Positions 14,201 through 24,919 of a stretch of 64,000 bases of DNA are shown here, one piece after another. Under the pieces are notes generated by a model. That model saw only the letters and a list, made by a program, of their open reading frames with translations, did no database searches and was not told the DNA's origin. A program made the translations under genes and the position numbers. This stretch comes from Lytechinus pictus (taxonomy: Eukaryota): positions 11,472,001 through 11,536,000 of the forward strand of contig NC_087251.1 in assembly GCF_037042905.1 (NCBI RefSeq), given 5' to 3'. Numbering within the stretch: the stretch's first letter is position 1; the number at the start of each line of letters is the position of its first letter.

Positions 14201-17200
14201 ATTTCATTAATTTTGGAGCATATAAATAATTTGTTAAGTGGTGACTACACTTTTATAGTAAAATCAGGAGAGTGTTTCATGACAGGACTTGTAAAATGTT
14301 TAATTCATCAATTCCTATTTTATCTGACAGTTACCATAGCAACACTGCTTTTTAGCCATTCAAAATTTATGAAACTAGTCAGATCTGAATTGTCGGATGA
14401 AAAAATGTTGATGTAATGGCCCCTGTTTTCACAAGTAACTAAGAGTAAATAATAACCTACTTGTCTGGAATGTAGATAGCATTACCCTGGGCTCCACCTG
14501 GGACAGGCCATTTCTTTTGTTTGGATGGTATTTCTTTATCGTTTGCTGCTTTAAGGACACCATTGGACATTACCACCACAGACTCTCGCTGTCAGGAACA
14601 ATAAATCACAAATGAACAAAATATCATTATCATTATGATTATCATTTCAATCATAATTAGTATGGTACTTTCTCTACATAGTATAGTGCTTAAAATAGAT
14701 TAAAATTTGAATATAAAATAATAATATTTGCCTAACTAAAGTGGTATAAAGTGTTGTTTTCTTTTAAATTACATTTGTTATATCAATGATCTGAACAAAA
14801 CAAGATTCAACTGTGACCATTCTAAATCATATTACATCAAAATATTCTTGATGGTAGTTTGAAGACATTTACTTATGCAAAGCTGAACATATTTGCTTAC
14901 CATACAAAGCATTTACATACCTATAAAAAAGTATAATTATGGCACTATTCCATATTTATTTTCTAATTCTTTTTCTAAAAAAAAAAAGGAATTGTCTTTA
15001 CAAAAGGTACTCTATCTTGAACCTTCATGGGGAGTGAATTATAATTTGCTATCAACCAATTCTGTGAAAGGCAATGGAGATACTTGGGATATAGCTGCAT
15101 CTTTAGAGATCAGCTAAACAAACTCTCCCACAAAAGATATTCTTTTGCCTGGTTTGGATATTGCTGGGCCAGGGAAGTGTGATGAGGCAATTGGTGAAAT
15201 CAATATAGCAAGGTTACATACATATCAGGGGAAGTCCACCCTGAAAAAAAAAATTGTTGTAAGAATAGCAAAAAAAAAAAAAAGTTATTAGGATTTTAAG
15301 TTTTGGATTTGTGAGATCATAAATGAATAGTTCCTGATGACTTAGATTTGTTTTATTTCTAGGAACAGATGTAAAATAATTTGTCTATTGATATACTAAA
15401 GGTACAATAAAATCTATTTTCAATTTTCTGAGAAAATGACATTTCATTGATTATTTACCATATGATATGTAGGAAAGCTGCTCGCATAAGATGTCACAAA
15501 TAATTAAAATTCTAATAACCTTTTTAGTCTTTGATGGATTTTTCTCAAGCTTTCAGCAATACTCCTTACTATTTTTTCTGCTATTTTTACAACAATCTTT
15601 TGTCAGGGTGAACTTCCCCTTTAAAATTTTTTATTCCACTCTTGGTGATGAACAACCACTGTTACTAGGTAAACGGACCTATTTTAAGCTAACACTTCAA
15701 AATTTATAAAATTGGGAAATTTGATATTAAATAACAAAGTAGTAATGATCATAAACATTACTGATATGAGTAATTAACATGAAAATGAGATCAATAGGTC
15801 CATTACTTACCTCTTCTGTAAGTGGGAAAGGTAGAGTGACATTGTACATATATTGTGTTCCAGTTGGATTCCATGCTTCAGGTACCGAGTATAGAGTCTC
15901 TGCTGTGATGGTGATTAGATTACCACTCTTCAATTGGTCTTCGGTCAGCAGCGGATCATTCACATACACAACTACATCCATCTCAGGCTAAATAATGAAA
16001 GGATAAGGGGGGTGGGATAATTTATGTCATAGCCCAATTCAATTCATATTAATTGATTTTCAATCCACTTATTTATTTGACCATCAAAAAGAAATACAAA
16101 ACAAGATAAAGATATACATTGAGAGATACAATAATATACATAAACAAAATAAAAGAGGTGGAGTGTAAAGGAGATGGTGATTAGCAGGGATGGAATCGAA
16201 GCTGACTTTGAAGCCAGATTTTGCTGCACTTAACACCAGGTCACATGACCTGAAAAGTCTACGAGAGAGTGTTTTTCTCCATTGGCTTTGTGACTTGAAT
16301 CTCCTGTCCCTGAATCTATCCACGTTGATAAGACATACACAGATCACATTAATGGTAAAGAAGGCCAAGAGAAACTTCTTTTGGTTGGAGAAGTGACGTC
16401 AAGAATTGTGAAACAGCATGAACACCAATGTCAAAGTTGGAAAGAGATTTGATCTTGGCTTGCAAAACACTTCAACAAAAAAATTCATGGTGCGAAAAAA
16501 AAATCTTACTAGCTATTATACATTTAACATATATTTCAAGATGTGAAATCCATCCTAAAATTTTAGATCAGTAAAAGTGAATTTCGGAGTGGTTTTCACG
16601 AATCCATTCATTAATATGAATCAATTACAAATTATAGATTTCTATAATGAACAATGTGTTATTCATTATGGAAAAATCAAACTCCCTCTCAATGTAGGCA
16701 ATCTACTATCTTGGGCATGATTTGGCGCCAAGGGCATTGGGGGTGAGTGACTTACCCTTGGGGCATCAGGTGGTATTCCCTCCAGGGGAGAGCCTTGCAG
16801 GGGATGGATCTGTAGGGTGCTCTTATATCTTGTTTCTCCCTTAACAAGTGGTAGCAAGTCTATAGTGCATTGACCCAGAAGTACAGTCTTCTCTTCTTTC
16901 TGTTTCTTCTCCTTAGGAAGCACTTCCACAAAGGTCACTGTGCAGAGTCAAATTAGGATTTGAAATTTATACACACTGATTCTTTGAAAAATAAAGAAGT
17001 AACAAATGCACTTTTTACAAGAAAGTGAACTGAACAACAGTGCTCAAATCAATCCAAATTTGACAAATTTTAATTTTCCAATAAACTTTTCCAATAAACT
17101 TTATGAGCAAAATAAGCACAGAATTCCATCAAATATCAGGTATTTTTCAAGCAATTTCAATACACTGTCCAACACAAGCGTTTCTGTTTTAGTGATCATC

Positions 17201-20200
17201 AGAAATATTGGTTTTCAAGATTTCGTGATTTCACAAAGATAAGTTGACATTAATGTACCATTTCTAGATCTATGATAATAAAGTGACAATTAACCCTGAT
17301 TCAAAAGATTTTTTCATGAAATAATTGTTTGCTGCAACTACTTTCTTTTAACTTTGCCAATATTCTTGTGATTAAATGCCTAATTCCTATTTCAACTGAC
17401 ATGCAAATGTAGTCCCGGTTTATGATATCAACTGTATATGATAATAAGTTCATACTTGCGTCATGGGATAAAACGAATAATAGGAACAGGAGTTTGAGGC
17501 AACTTACGAGATTCAAAGACATTTCAAAATTTCAAAATCTTTAAATGAAACTCACCTAGAACTGGTTTGTAAGCGATTTCATCTATGATGGCCGGGTCAT
17601 CGAAACCGCAGTCAAACTTGGCATTGAAGTTATACTCGGTGGTCAGGTCTGGTCCAGCATCCACCTTGGCGGATTCACCCAAGACGTTAGAACCATACTC
17701 CACACGGACCAGAGAGTTCAGAGTCTCACCTTTGCTTCCTTTCTATTAAATAATTGAAAAGAATGAAGATAGAAATTACTTCTCATTATCCAAATGTTCA
17801 AAGGTTAGGAGGGAGACTTTTTGCATTAACAATGGATTAATCCTCCAAACCTTTGATCAAAACATTTCAGCACCAGTAATGACTCCATTTCTGGTCCTGC
17901 TGTTGCATCACTGTTCTTGGACAGGGGACAGGATATAAATCTACATTCACAACTCTCCATCCAGCGACTATTCCAGAAGGAGTCTGTGTTTAAGGACGTT
18001 CCACAGTTATGTTTGTGCGCATCATGATCTGCACATATGTTACATTCTGCGCGCTGACGTCACAATGGATGAACTGGTTATTAATCAGCTATAGGTAATG
18101 TGAGCTGAATTTTCTCCTTATCTGCACTAACTGCAGATCCTATGTGTTATTTTATGAAGCTAATAAACTGGAATTATTCCACGGACCATTTTTTTATTTC
18201 TCTACAATTTCAAAATAGTTTCTTTGTAGTGCTGCAAAGTATGATGAATATGGCCCCGAGTTTGAATAAATGGAAAAGTGGTTCGGATTTTTTCCTCACA
18301 TAGATACAAAGCTTTTGGCGCGTTTTTGCGGGTGTTTTAAGAAGCAAATTTGCTCTAATAAGAGTGCTGGTAGTTTGAAAACAAGCACATGAACCCATAT
18401 TTTGTAATGTTTGCACCTCTTAGGTATATCTCCCTCTACAACTTTGCAAAGTTTTGTGAAAATGACATGGGTTTTGAATAAAGTGCAGCATTTTTTTTAC
18501 TTCTCAAGTTTGTTATTGAAATTTGACATTTTTGAGGTTGAGTATCTTTCCCACAATTTCTAAGAACTGAGAGTGTTGTTAGACTTATTCCATGGACCAT
18601 TTGAGTATCTTTCCCGCAATTTCTAAGAACTGAGAGTGTTGTTAGACTTAAATGAGCAAACAATTGACAACAATATAAATAGATTATCCATCTGACGGAT
18701 ACAAGTATTAATCATATTGCAAAATTTGATGAAATTTTCATGGATTTTGACTGAGTAATAGAGCTTTAAACTCATTGTTGTGATCTCGTGAGGTCTAAAA
18801 ATGCCAAATTATTTTGGATGCGCAATTCTTAAGAACATCATCCATTTTGGGTTAACTTTGAAGCTCTATAGCAAACAAGTGGAACGCCTCTGGCAGTCTC
18901 GCCTGCATTACGCGATTTAATATAGCAGCAGTGCTAACTTTGAAAACTACTATAAAATAATCATTCACAAAAACACCATTCATATAATGACATCATACCA
19001 CATTCATTGACCATAGATGACATTTGAACGGTGACTTAAGACTTGTCAACTACACCCATGTCCACATTTCATTCACTCTATCCATAAACTTTCAAAGTTA
19101 TGATGGCAATTCAACCCCAACATGCAAGCCTTGAAATAAGCGGGCGCTGAGCGCAAATTCGCGCTCATAAAGCCATCAATTGCGCCCATCAAGCCCCAAA
19201 ATCATCAAAATTTTGACGACCGGGCGCAAATATTTTCCAGGTAATTGCGCCCGCCGTGAGTGAGCAGTGAAGCCATATCATATGTAATTTAAATATCTGA
19301 AAAGCCCAAATCAAGTAACTTTCAATTTACGATTAAACTCAGTTTAAAATTGCCAAGTGCGTCTTTTTTTCTGTACCGTAAAAAGTGAGCTACGTCCGTC
19401 TTTTTTTTTTCTGTAATACATGTGCGCGCGTGCTTCCGGTAGCGGTTTTTCCATACTTCACCATGTGCAATTTCTAATGCACACATTTCCAGTTGGGATA
19501 TCACAAGTCTGCGATATAGTAATTCGAATTGCACAGGAGATAAATCCCTATTCACAGCGCATACGATGTGCGAGTCTTTTATCCTCACATTCGCCGACTT
19601 TGCTTGTCAAAACGGAGCCTTAATAATCCAAAATCACTTAGCTTATAGTGAATTGTAGCTTTTTAATTTCTTTCTTGGAGAGGGGTAAATATCAGACAAT
19701 AAATCATCAAACAAGGCTCCATCTAAAAACAAAAAATAGGAAGACGCCGTACACTTGAGTGTGGTGTTCGGCTAGCCAGTTTGAGCTCATGTTCTCTGCC
19801 AGAGCTCTGGGTGAGAATTCTATCAGTAATGGCCTAAGTGACGGTGATTTTCCGATTCAGATAGAGTTTAGATTTCATGTTAATTTTTGAAAACTGTCAC
19901 AAAACTTTATGATTTCTTCATTGTGATGAATATTTAAGTTATTAATGAATACATTTTCACCGTATTTAGACTCTCCCAGAATGAAAGGCATTTTCTGTGG
20001 AGATCTGCGTTTTCAAATAACTTGTGAAAAAGTTAATTTTATACATGGACCTACAATACATGTACATAGCCTGTGGCTATGTGCTGGAATTTGAATAGAC
20101 TGAGTTAGATATTGATTTAATTTCTTCATTTCTGTAACATAATTTATATGCAATCCAAGTGCACCTCACAGTCACAATCACACACAAACACTCACCCACA

Positions 20201-21377
20201 CCTGTGATTCTAACCATGAAAAAAAACCTTGAATTTTTTTTTTTTCCTAAATTTATTTTTATTTGATCTGAATTCTCTCTTTCTCCATCTCTCTCTCTTT
20301 TTTTATATTTTTATTTTATTCATTTATTTAGATTTTTTTTTTTTTTGGGGGGTTCATTGATCGTGGTTCATTAAAGATGAAAAATAAATAAGCCCATATG
20401 TGTGTGGTTGTAAAGGGGATGTGGAGTGAGGGTGTCAAAACACACTTAAACATTTAAATCTGATTTCTTAAATGTTTGAATAAGCCTAATATTTAGCATG
20501 CTATTCATGTACTAATTAAAAAATTGTAGGAGCTGCGCTTACTATAAACAAATTTGCGGTGTGGTTCACCGTTATACATATTTTTTTTTAATTGCCCCCG
20601 GTTCCTGTAAAAAGCCAGTGAGCCGGGGGCAATTTAAAAAAAAATTGCCCCCGGCTCACAGGTGCTTATTTCAAGGCTTGCCAACATGGCCTAAGTTTAT
20701 TGACCTTAACTGACCTTTGACCTTGGTTTTGTGACCTGAAACTCACAGGGGATGTTCAGTGATACTTGATTACTTTTATATCCCAAGTTTTATGAAATAG
20801 ATCTGTGATTGATTTTTCATCAATAATCCAGTGATGTTAAATTCTTTTGCTTATTTTAAAACCTAATCAGAAGCTGGATGATCCTCCCCTTCAAGAAATG
20901 TGACTTTTTCATGCAAATGTAAAGGATTTAGTCTTTACCAGGGACACCCCCATAATGCTCAGAGCCCTGTACTGACTGCACAGAAACGTAGTTAGCGCTA
21001 ACAATGCGCTAACAGAGGACCTGTTACAACTGGTAATGTGGCAGCGATGCCTAGTGTTATAACAATGCATTACTTACAAATTGAAATAAATGTTTTGACT
21101 TAATTCACAATCCGAAAGATGTGACTGGGCTTACTGTTAGCACTCAGTTAGGCTAACAACGTTTCTGTGCGGCCCGCACAGGAAAATAGGGAAAAAAAGC
21201 CCAAGAAAATCCCCATTCACTGCAAAATTAAGGATTATTCAATGATGAAGATTTAGGCAGTAGGAAGACAAACTGTAAGAATGTAAGACAAGTACTCACC
21301 AAATTTCTTGATCTCAAGATTGTGATATTCACTGGCTCCGGAGGGCGCTGCTTCTGTTGGTCCTCTTCAGTCGCCAT
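2098..21377 (-). CDS. CFAP70: Cilia- and flagella-associated protein 70 (TTC18), multi-exon, 3' part outside window
   Basis: 20 exons assembled by hand with consistent phases. Peptides such as [59 protein letters not shown] and [15 protein letters not shown] resemble vertebrate CFAP70 as recalled. Confidence 0.93.
2290..2700. repeat. Low-complexity (CAC/CAA/TAC) tract in a CFAP70 intron
   Basis: Degenerate ACC/ACA/ACT triplets (GU-rich on the transcribed strand). Confidence 0.7.
2739..3029 (-). CDS. CFAP70: CFAP70 coding exon 19 ([17 protein letters not shown]..., poly-Ala, acidic tract)
   Basis: AG/GTAGGA, 291 nt, phase 1-1. Confidence 0.85.
3564..3732 (-). CDS. CFAP70: CFAP70 coding exon 18, TPR ([15 protein letters not shown]...AWTML)
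   Basis: AG/GTGAGA, 169 nt, phase 0-1. Confidence 0.9.
4186..4266 (-). CDS. CFAP70: CFAP70 coding exon 17, TPR ([20 protein letters not shown]...)
   Basis: AG/GTATGC, 81 nt; TPR-like W-x-D-Y-G. Confidence 0.9.
4698..4883 (-). CDS. CFAP70: CFAP70 coding exon 16 ([15 protein letters not shown]...ASKYYQE)
   Basis: AG/GTATAC, 186 nt, phase 0-0. Confidence 0.92.
5176..5645 (+). mobile_element. HINE/pearl-like non-autonomous Helentron-type element
   Basis: Subterminal IR ATGCCCCC/GGGGGCAT, two ~140-bp core repeats with TGACCTTTGACC, (GGAC)n-like microsatellite, 3' hairpin followed by AAAA. Confidence 0.65.
5968..6039 (-). CDS. CFAP70: CFAP70 coding exon 15 ([24 protein letters not shown]), GC donor
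   Basis: AG acceptor; donor CAG|GCGAGT; joins in frame to AFLSELY. Confidence 0.88.
6415..6541 (-). CDS. CFAP70: CFAP70 coding exon 14 (...[19 protein letters not shown])
   Basis: AG/GTGAGC, 127 nt, phase 2-0. Confidence 0.92.
7091..7213 (-). CDS. CFAP70: CFAP70 coding exon 13 ([26 protein letters not shown]...)
   Basis: AG/GTATGT, 123 nt, phase 2-2. Confidence 0.9.
7436..8058 (+). mobile_element. HINE-like element with ~170-bp TGACCTT core repeats, copy 1
   Basis: Begins AACAAGTGGAGCGCCTCTGGCAGTCTC; homologous to 18874-20800. Confidence 0.7.
8070..8502 (-). mobile_element. tRNA-derived SINE with Deu/Nin-like central domain
   Basis: A/B boxes at 8430-8500, core GGGTTCTTAACGTGCA...TTTAACGTCCTATCTGAGGA, (CAT)n tail. 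Confidence 0.75.
8520..8701 (-). CDS. CFAP70: CFAP70 coding exon 12 (QPSQMMKLG...[12 protein letters not shown])
   Basis: AG/GTAAAT, 182 nt, phase 0-2. Confidence 0.88.
9246..9398 (-). CDS. CFAP70: CFAP70 coding exon 11 ([14 protein letters not shown]...DAATKK)
   Basis: AG/GTATGA, 153 nt, phase 0-0, K/G/E-rich linker. Confidence 0.85.
10780..10841 (-). CDS. CFAP70: CFAP70 coding exon 10 ([21 protein letters not shown])
   Basis: AG/GTGAGT, 62 nt, phase 1-0. Confidence 0.9.
11681..11750 (-). CDS. CFAP70: CFAP70 coding exon 9 ([23 protein letters not shown])
   Basis: AG/GTAAGA, 70 nt, phase 0-1. Confidence 0.9.
12411..12498 (-). CDS. CFAP70: CFAP70 coding exon 8 ([17 protein letters not shown]...KGK)
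   Basis: AG/GTAAGT, 88 nt, phase 2-0. Confidence 0.88.
13145..13239 (-). CDS. CFAP70: CFAP70 coding exon 7 ([27 protein letters not shown])
   Basis: AG/GTCAGA, 95 nt, phase 0-2. Confidence 0.88.
13827..13881 (-). CDS. CFAP70: CFAP70 coding exon 6 ([18 protein letters not shown])
   Basis: AG/GTAAGA, 55 nt, phase 2-0. Confidence 0.85.
14461..14588 (-). CDS. CFAP70: CFAP70 coding exon 5 ([13 protein letters not shown]...AIYIPD)
   Basis: AG/GTAGGT, 128 nt, phase 0-2. Confidence 0.88.
15228..15624. mobile_element. Degenerate Kolobok-like MITE (related older copy ~750-1200)
   Basis: AGGGGAAGTCCACCCTGA...TCAGGGTGAACTTCCCCT-TTAA. Confidence 0.6.
15811..15987 (-). CDS. CFAP70: CFAP70 coding exon 4 ([14 protein letters not shown]...PLTEE)
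   Basis: AG/GTAAGT, 177 nt, phase 0-0. Confidence 0.9.
16756..16937 (-). CDS. CFAP70: CFAP70 coding exon 3 ([17 protein letters not shown]...DAPR)
   Basis: AG/GTAAGT, 182 nt; within ORF 16666..16938. Confidence 0.92.
17556..17742 (-). CDS. CFAP70: CFAP70 coding exon 2 ([17 protein letters not shown]...EIAYKPVL)
   Basis: AG/GTGAGT, 187 nt, phase 0-1. Confidence 0.9.
17994..18873 (-). mobile_element. Kolobok-like MITE family 1, truncated copy
   Basis: TTAA-GGACGTTCCACAGTTA end; reverse-complement homologue of 55872-56805; internal ~50-bp duplication at 18540-18650. Confidence 0.8.
18874..20800 (+). mobile_element. HINE-like element copy 2, interrupted by hAT insertion
   Basis: AACAAGTGGAACGCCTCTGGCAGTCTC start; resumes at 20681. 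Confidence 0.7.
19125..20680. mobile_element. Non-autonomous hAT-like transposon, 1556 bp
   Basis: Perfect 17-bp TIR CAAGCCTTGAAATAAGC; perfect 8-bp TSD CCAACATG; subterminal TTGCGCCC/TTGCCCCCGG repeats. Confidence 0.9.
20965..21182. mobile_element. Short palindromic MITE
   Basis: CCTGTACTGACTGCACAGAAACG...CGTTTCTGTGCGGCCCGCACAGG. Confidence 0.65.
21300..21377 (-). CDS. CFAP70: CFAP70 first coding exon ([26 protein letters not shown])
   Basis: ATG at 21377, donor GTGAGT 21299-21294. Acceptor ttcag just upstream (exon begins 21401) implies further 5'UTR exon(s). Confidence 0.85.
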
Positions 21378-24046
21378 GATGAAGACGCTTCTTTTTTAAC
21401 ACTGAATTTTGAAAACAAAATGTAGGCCTATACTTTCTTAGAAAAATCATAAGTCTGTTTGGGGGAGTTTCAACATCAAACAATGTTCTCCTCATACACA
21501 GATGTATGTAACACAGCTGAGTATACAAACGCGCCAGCCAATCTCGTTTGTACGCTCAGGCTATAGCTCAGCTGTATTACAAACATTACGGTGAACGATC
21601 AAAGAACCTGATCCTCAATGTATTCCTATAGATCTAGATCGAGATCTGATAAATCAATATGCAAATAAATGAAACGATCCTGATCTTTAGGAATACGTAA
21701 GAATAATCATGATCTTGAGCTGCGATTCCTGCGAATGCCTAATTTGCATTAGTGATGTTTTGAAATCGGCAGTGAATCAATACGTGTGATGAAATTGTTA
21801 CTGGCTTTATATCACCAAATTTGAGACTGATAGAAGGACAAGGTCGTGAGACGTGTAATTAGAAATGTAATTAGTTTTTGATAGTTTGTAAGGTCATGTT
21901 GCTGCATGAGTTTTATGATTTCTCCACAAAAAGTGACACTTTTGTCACACGGAGCGTCAGAACAAGTTACCCGACTGGATGGTTCGGGTAGGTGTAGCGG
22001 TGGTGAAGTGTAGTGGAGCCTACACCAACCATCACTTGAACTTAGCTTAGCCTTATGTACATAGAGTAAAGTGCCCAAATATCGGACACTTAATTAAGTA
22101 TAACTGGACTAACTAAAACAAAAATACAATCATTGAATCAAATAAAAATCATGTGTATTTCTGTGATAAAAATGTTGAATATTAATGTCATAAAAAAACA
22201 GAATTGAAAAAAATTATGATTAACGGAAATTTACTTACTACCAGAAGCTGTTTTTTGCCAATTATCAGACGCGTATAAAGTTGTGCGCCAGGATCAATTT
22301 TGGCGATCTAAATCGCGCTCTTTGTTAGACCCCAAAATAATTGCTTAATTGTTGAGAAAATAACTTATTTTAGCTGTGCAAATGCCGCTTTTAATTATTG
22401 TATTCAATAATTTTGATTTGATTTTGATTCAGAAATTGGTAAATAATTAGTATTTACCTACCAAACGGACCTCTTTCGGCTCTAAACATCAGACGTCTTA
22501 GCTCAGCTACGCACAACTTTGTTCTGAAATTGAGCGTGAGCGGTTCAACAGTTCGCATTTCCAATTCAATCGGCCGATATGTCCGATGTTTGGATGAGTG
22601 CCATATTTGGAAGGGCATCAAATTTCCTGCCATGGGGAAACCCCGCAGCAACCACTGCAGATTTTTATTGCGATCGATCGGAAATGTGCGATCTCGGCGG
22701 AAATCACTTCCTCCTTACGAGTCTTCTTTTGGTCATCGATCTTTTGGAGTCCAAATTGATAATTGATTATCTCCGTGAAATCTTCACTAAAGATCAAGAA
22801 AATATACATATTTTTTAAAAGAATCTTCAAGGAGAAGTCACGGAAGGATTCTAAATGATTCGGTGTCATAGCAGAATCACTCTAGGCGACACCCCAATAC
22901 TTACCCGTGCTAATAAACTGGGACTCCACTCACGCGCATTTGGGCCGCCCTAGCTTAGAACTAAGCTTTGTTTTACTAAAAAATAAATCTTGTAATGATT
23001 CAATAAATGTTACTTAATAAATTAGTACTGTTAAATCGGTACTCACCGGTTCTTTTCTTGAATTTTCTGGCAATTTCCCACGCTTCTGGCTTCAATTCTG
23101 CGGCTGTTCCTGTCGCGGTAGACAGCTACATATGCAACTTTATTTATAAATAGAGCGCCCCTTACGATAGTTGTTAAGAACGCGGCCAAATTGTTAGGTT
23201 TTTTGCACTGTGTCCAAGGCGTTTTTATTTTGTTTGATTTTTATTTTTTAATAAATATTTTGTTAAATAGCGATTTTTACGTCAAATATTAAATTCATAT
23301 CACAAAATATTTTTAATTGTAGAAATATATATAATATCATGCAATTATTTATTCTATATAGGCCTATATTTTATAATAAAATTTATAATTGTTGCGGTCT
23401 TTAAAAAAGGATAGTCAATCGATCAGGTGATGACTACTCGTATCACGTGATCTGAAAATCAGCTTCGTACCGCTTTGATCGCACTCGACGGGACCGGACT
23501 GACTGCCAAGAAAAGATCGAAAAAGGACTCAAATGTAAGTTTCCCTTTATTTTATAACATTTAAAATATGAGTAGGATTATAGTTAATGGGTAATTTTTT
23601 AATAAATGCTAAACAAATGAGGACAAAGCTTGCATTTTTCGAGTAATAATCACTAATATCATAAAAATACTTGGGTGCAGGACTTCTAACCTGTTTTTAA
23701 CGCATTGTCGCCTATGAGGTCCATACATGTTAATGTTTGGACCTCATTGGTACTAGGAGTGAGCAGAATGTGAAATACCAAATTATGTGTGATATTTTAT
23801 GTGGCCAAAAGCACTCTGGGGCTACACCGCTATTCCAACGCGTGTTGGAAAAGTCGACGCCAGACGGGTACGTTTTGGCCTTGAATTTCCAGCAAATTAA
23901 TCAAAATTACGACCTAAATTTAGGTCTATGTTATCAATTATATACTAATTTCATAATTATAATGTAAAACGGGTACTCACGGGTTCTTTTCTTTCCAAAT
24001 TTTGTGTTTTCATCGCCTCTTCTGGCCAACTCTTGCGATGGATTTT

Positions 24047-24060
24047 GTCGCCATAGGATC
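24047..24060 (-). promoter_or_regulatory. X-box-like element
   Basis: GATCCTATGGCGAC on the minus strand vs consensus GTTNCYATGGCAAC, ~70 nt upstream of a GTGAGT donor. Confidence 0.4.
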
Positions 24061-24281
24061 CTGTACGTGCAAATCCAGGGCGAGTTGTCACATGACGCTC
24101 GCGAGTTTCTAGGGGTAATGGCCTTTAATCAAGGCGTTCTTTTTGCTATAATTTTATAATGACGCTTAAATATCGAAATCAATGTAGACGAGTCTGTGCA
24201 GGGGCATAACAGGGGTATATAAGAGGGGGCATAGTACATGTCGCATGTGGAAGATAAAAGTTACGTAATGTAAGTCCCGAG

Positions 24282-24591
24282 CACTAGCGTACCTAGGGGG
24301 GGGCAGTCTGCCCCCCCCCCCCCCCCGATGAGTCACAAACCCATGCAAATTACATATCTCTGCCCCCCGGCCCCCCTGACGAGCTTGAAAACCTATTTTG
24401 CCCCCCCCCCCCGACGAGCTTGAATACCTATTTTGCCCCCCCTGGCGAGCTTGAAGACTTTTTTTTTGCTTGTCAAATTTTTTCTGGTACGATTGAAGAC
24501 CTTTTTCATTGAAGAGCCTTTTTTTCCTTGTCAAATTTTTTGGCGGCCGATTTTGCCCCCCTGTGGAAAATCCTAGGTACGCCATGCACTG
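24282..24591. mobile_element. hAT-like MITE with three ~40-bp internal repeats
   Basis: GCGTACCTAGG...CCTAGGTACGC; (GACGAGCTTGAA..CCTATTTTGCCCC) x3. Confidence 0.65.
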
Positions 24592-24919
24592 CCCGCGCTA
24601 CATGTATGTTGGTAGCCCTGGGACCTCTGGATATTAACTAATCCAATTTAATTACAGATGGCAGATTTTTTTATTATCTGAGTAGCCCCCCCCCCCCCCC
24701 CCGGATTATTTGTTCTCACATTACTTTCCTTTTTAAATTTCCTTTCGTTCTTTCTTTCATTTTTCTTTCTTTCTTCCTTCCGTTGCTCCTATGTTTTTTT
24801 TTCAGGTGAAATCCACTCGGGGGATGGCCAGCCATGCCCCCATCTGTTTATGCCTCTGAGATGTAGGCTATACTCATGATCTTAATCTTCGATTTTCCAA
24901 AGTAGGGGGGTGCAATTTC

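Noticed and set aside
19322..19623. ORFs inside the hAT-like element as transposase
   Set aside because: Short, with no recognisable transposase motifs; the element is non-autonomous.
23706..23761. Calling the hairpin a known miRNA or H/ACA snoRNA
   Set aside because: No recognised mature sequence, a 3-4 nt loop and no conserved H/ACA boxes; kept only as an unexplained finding.
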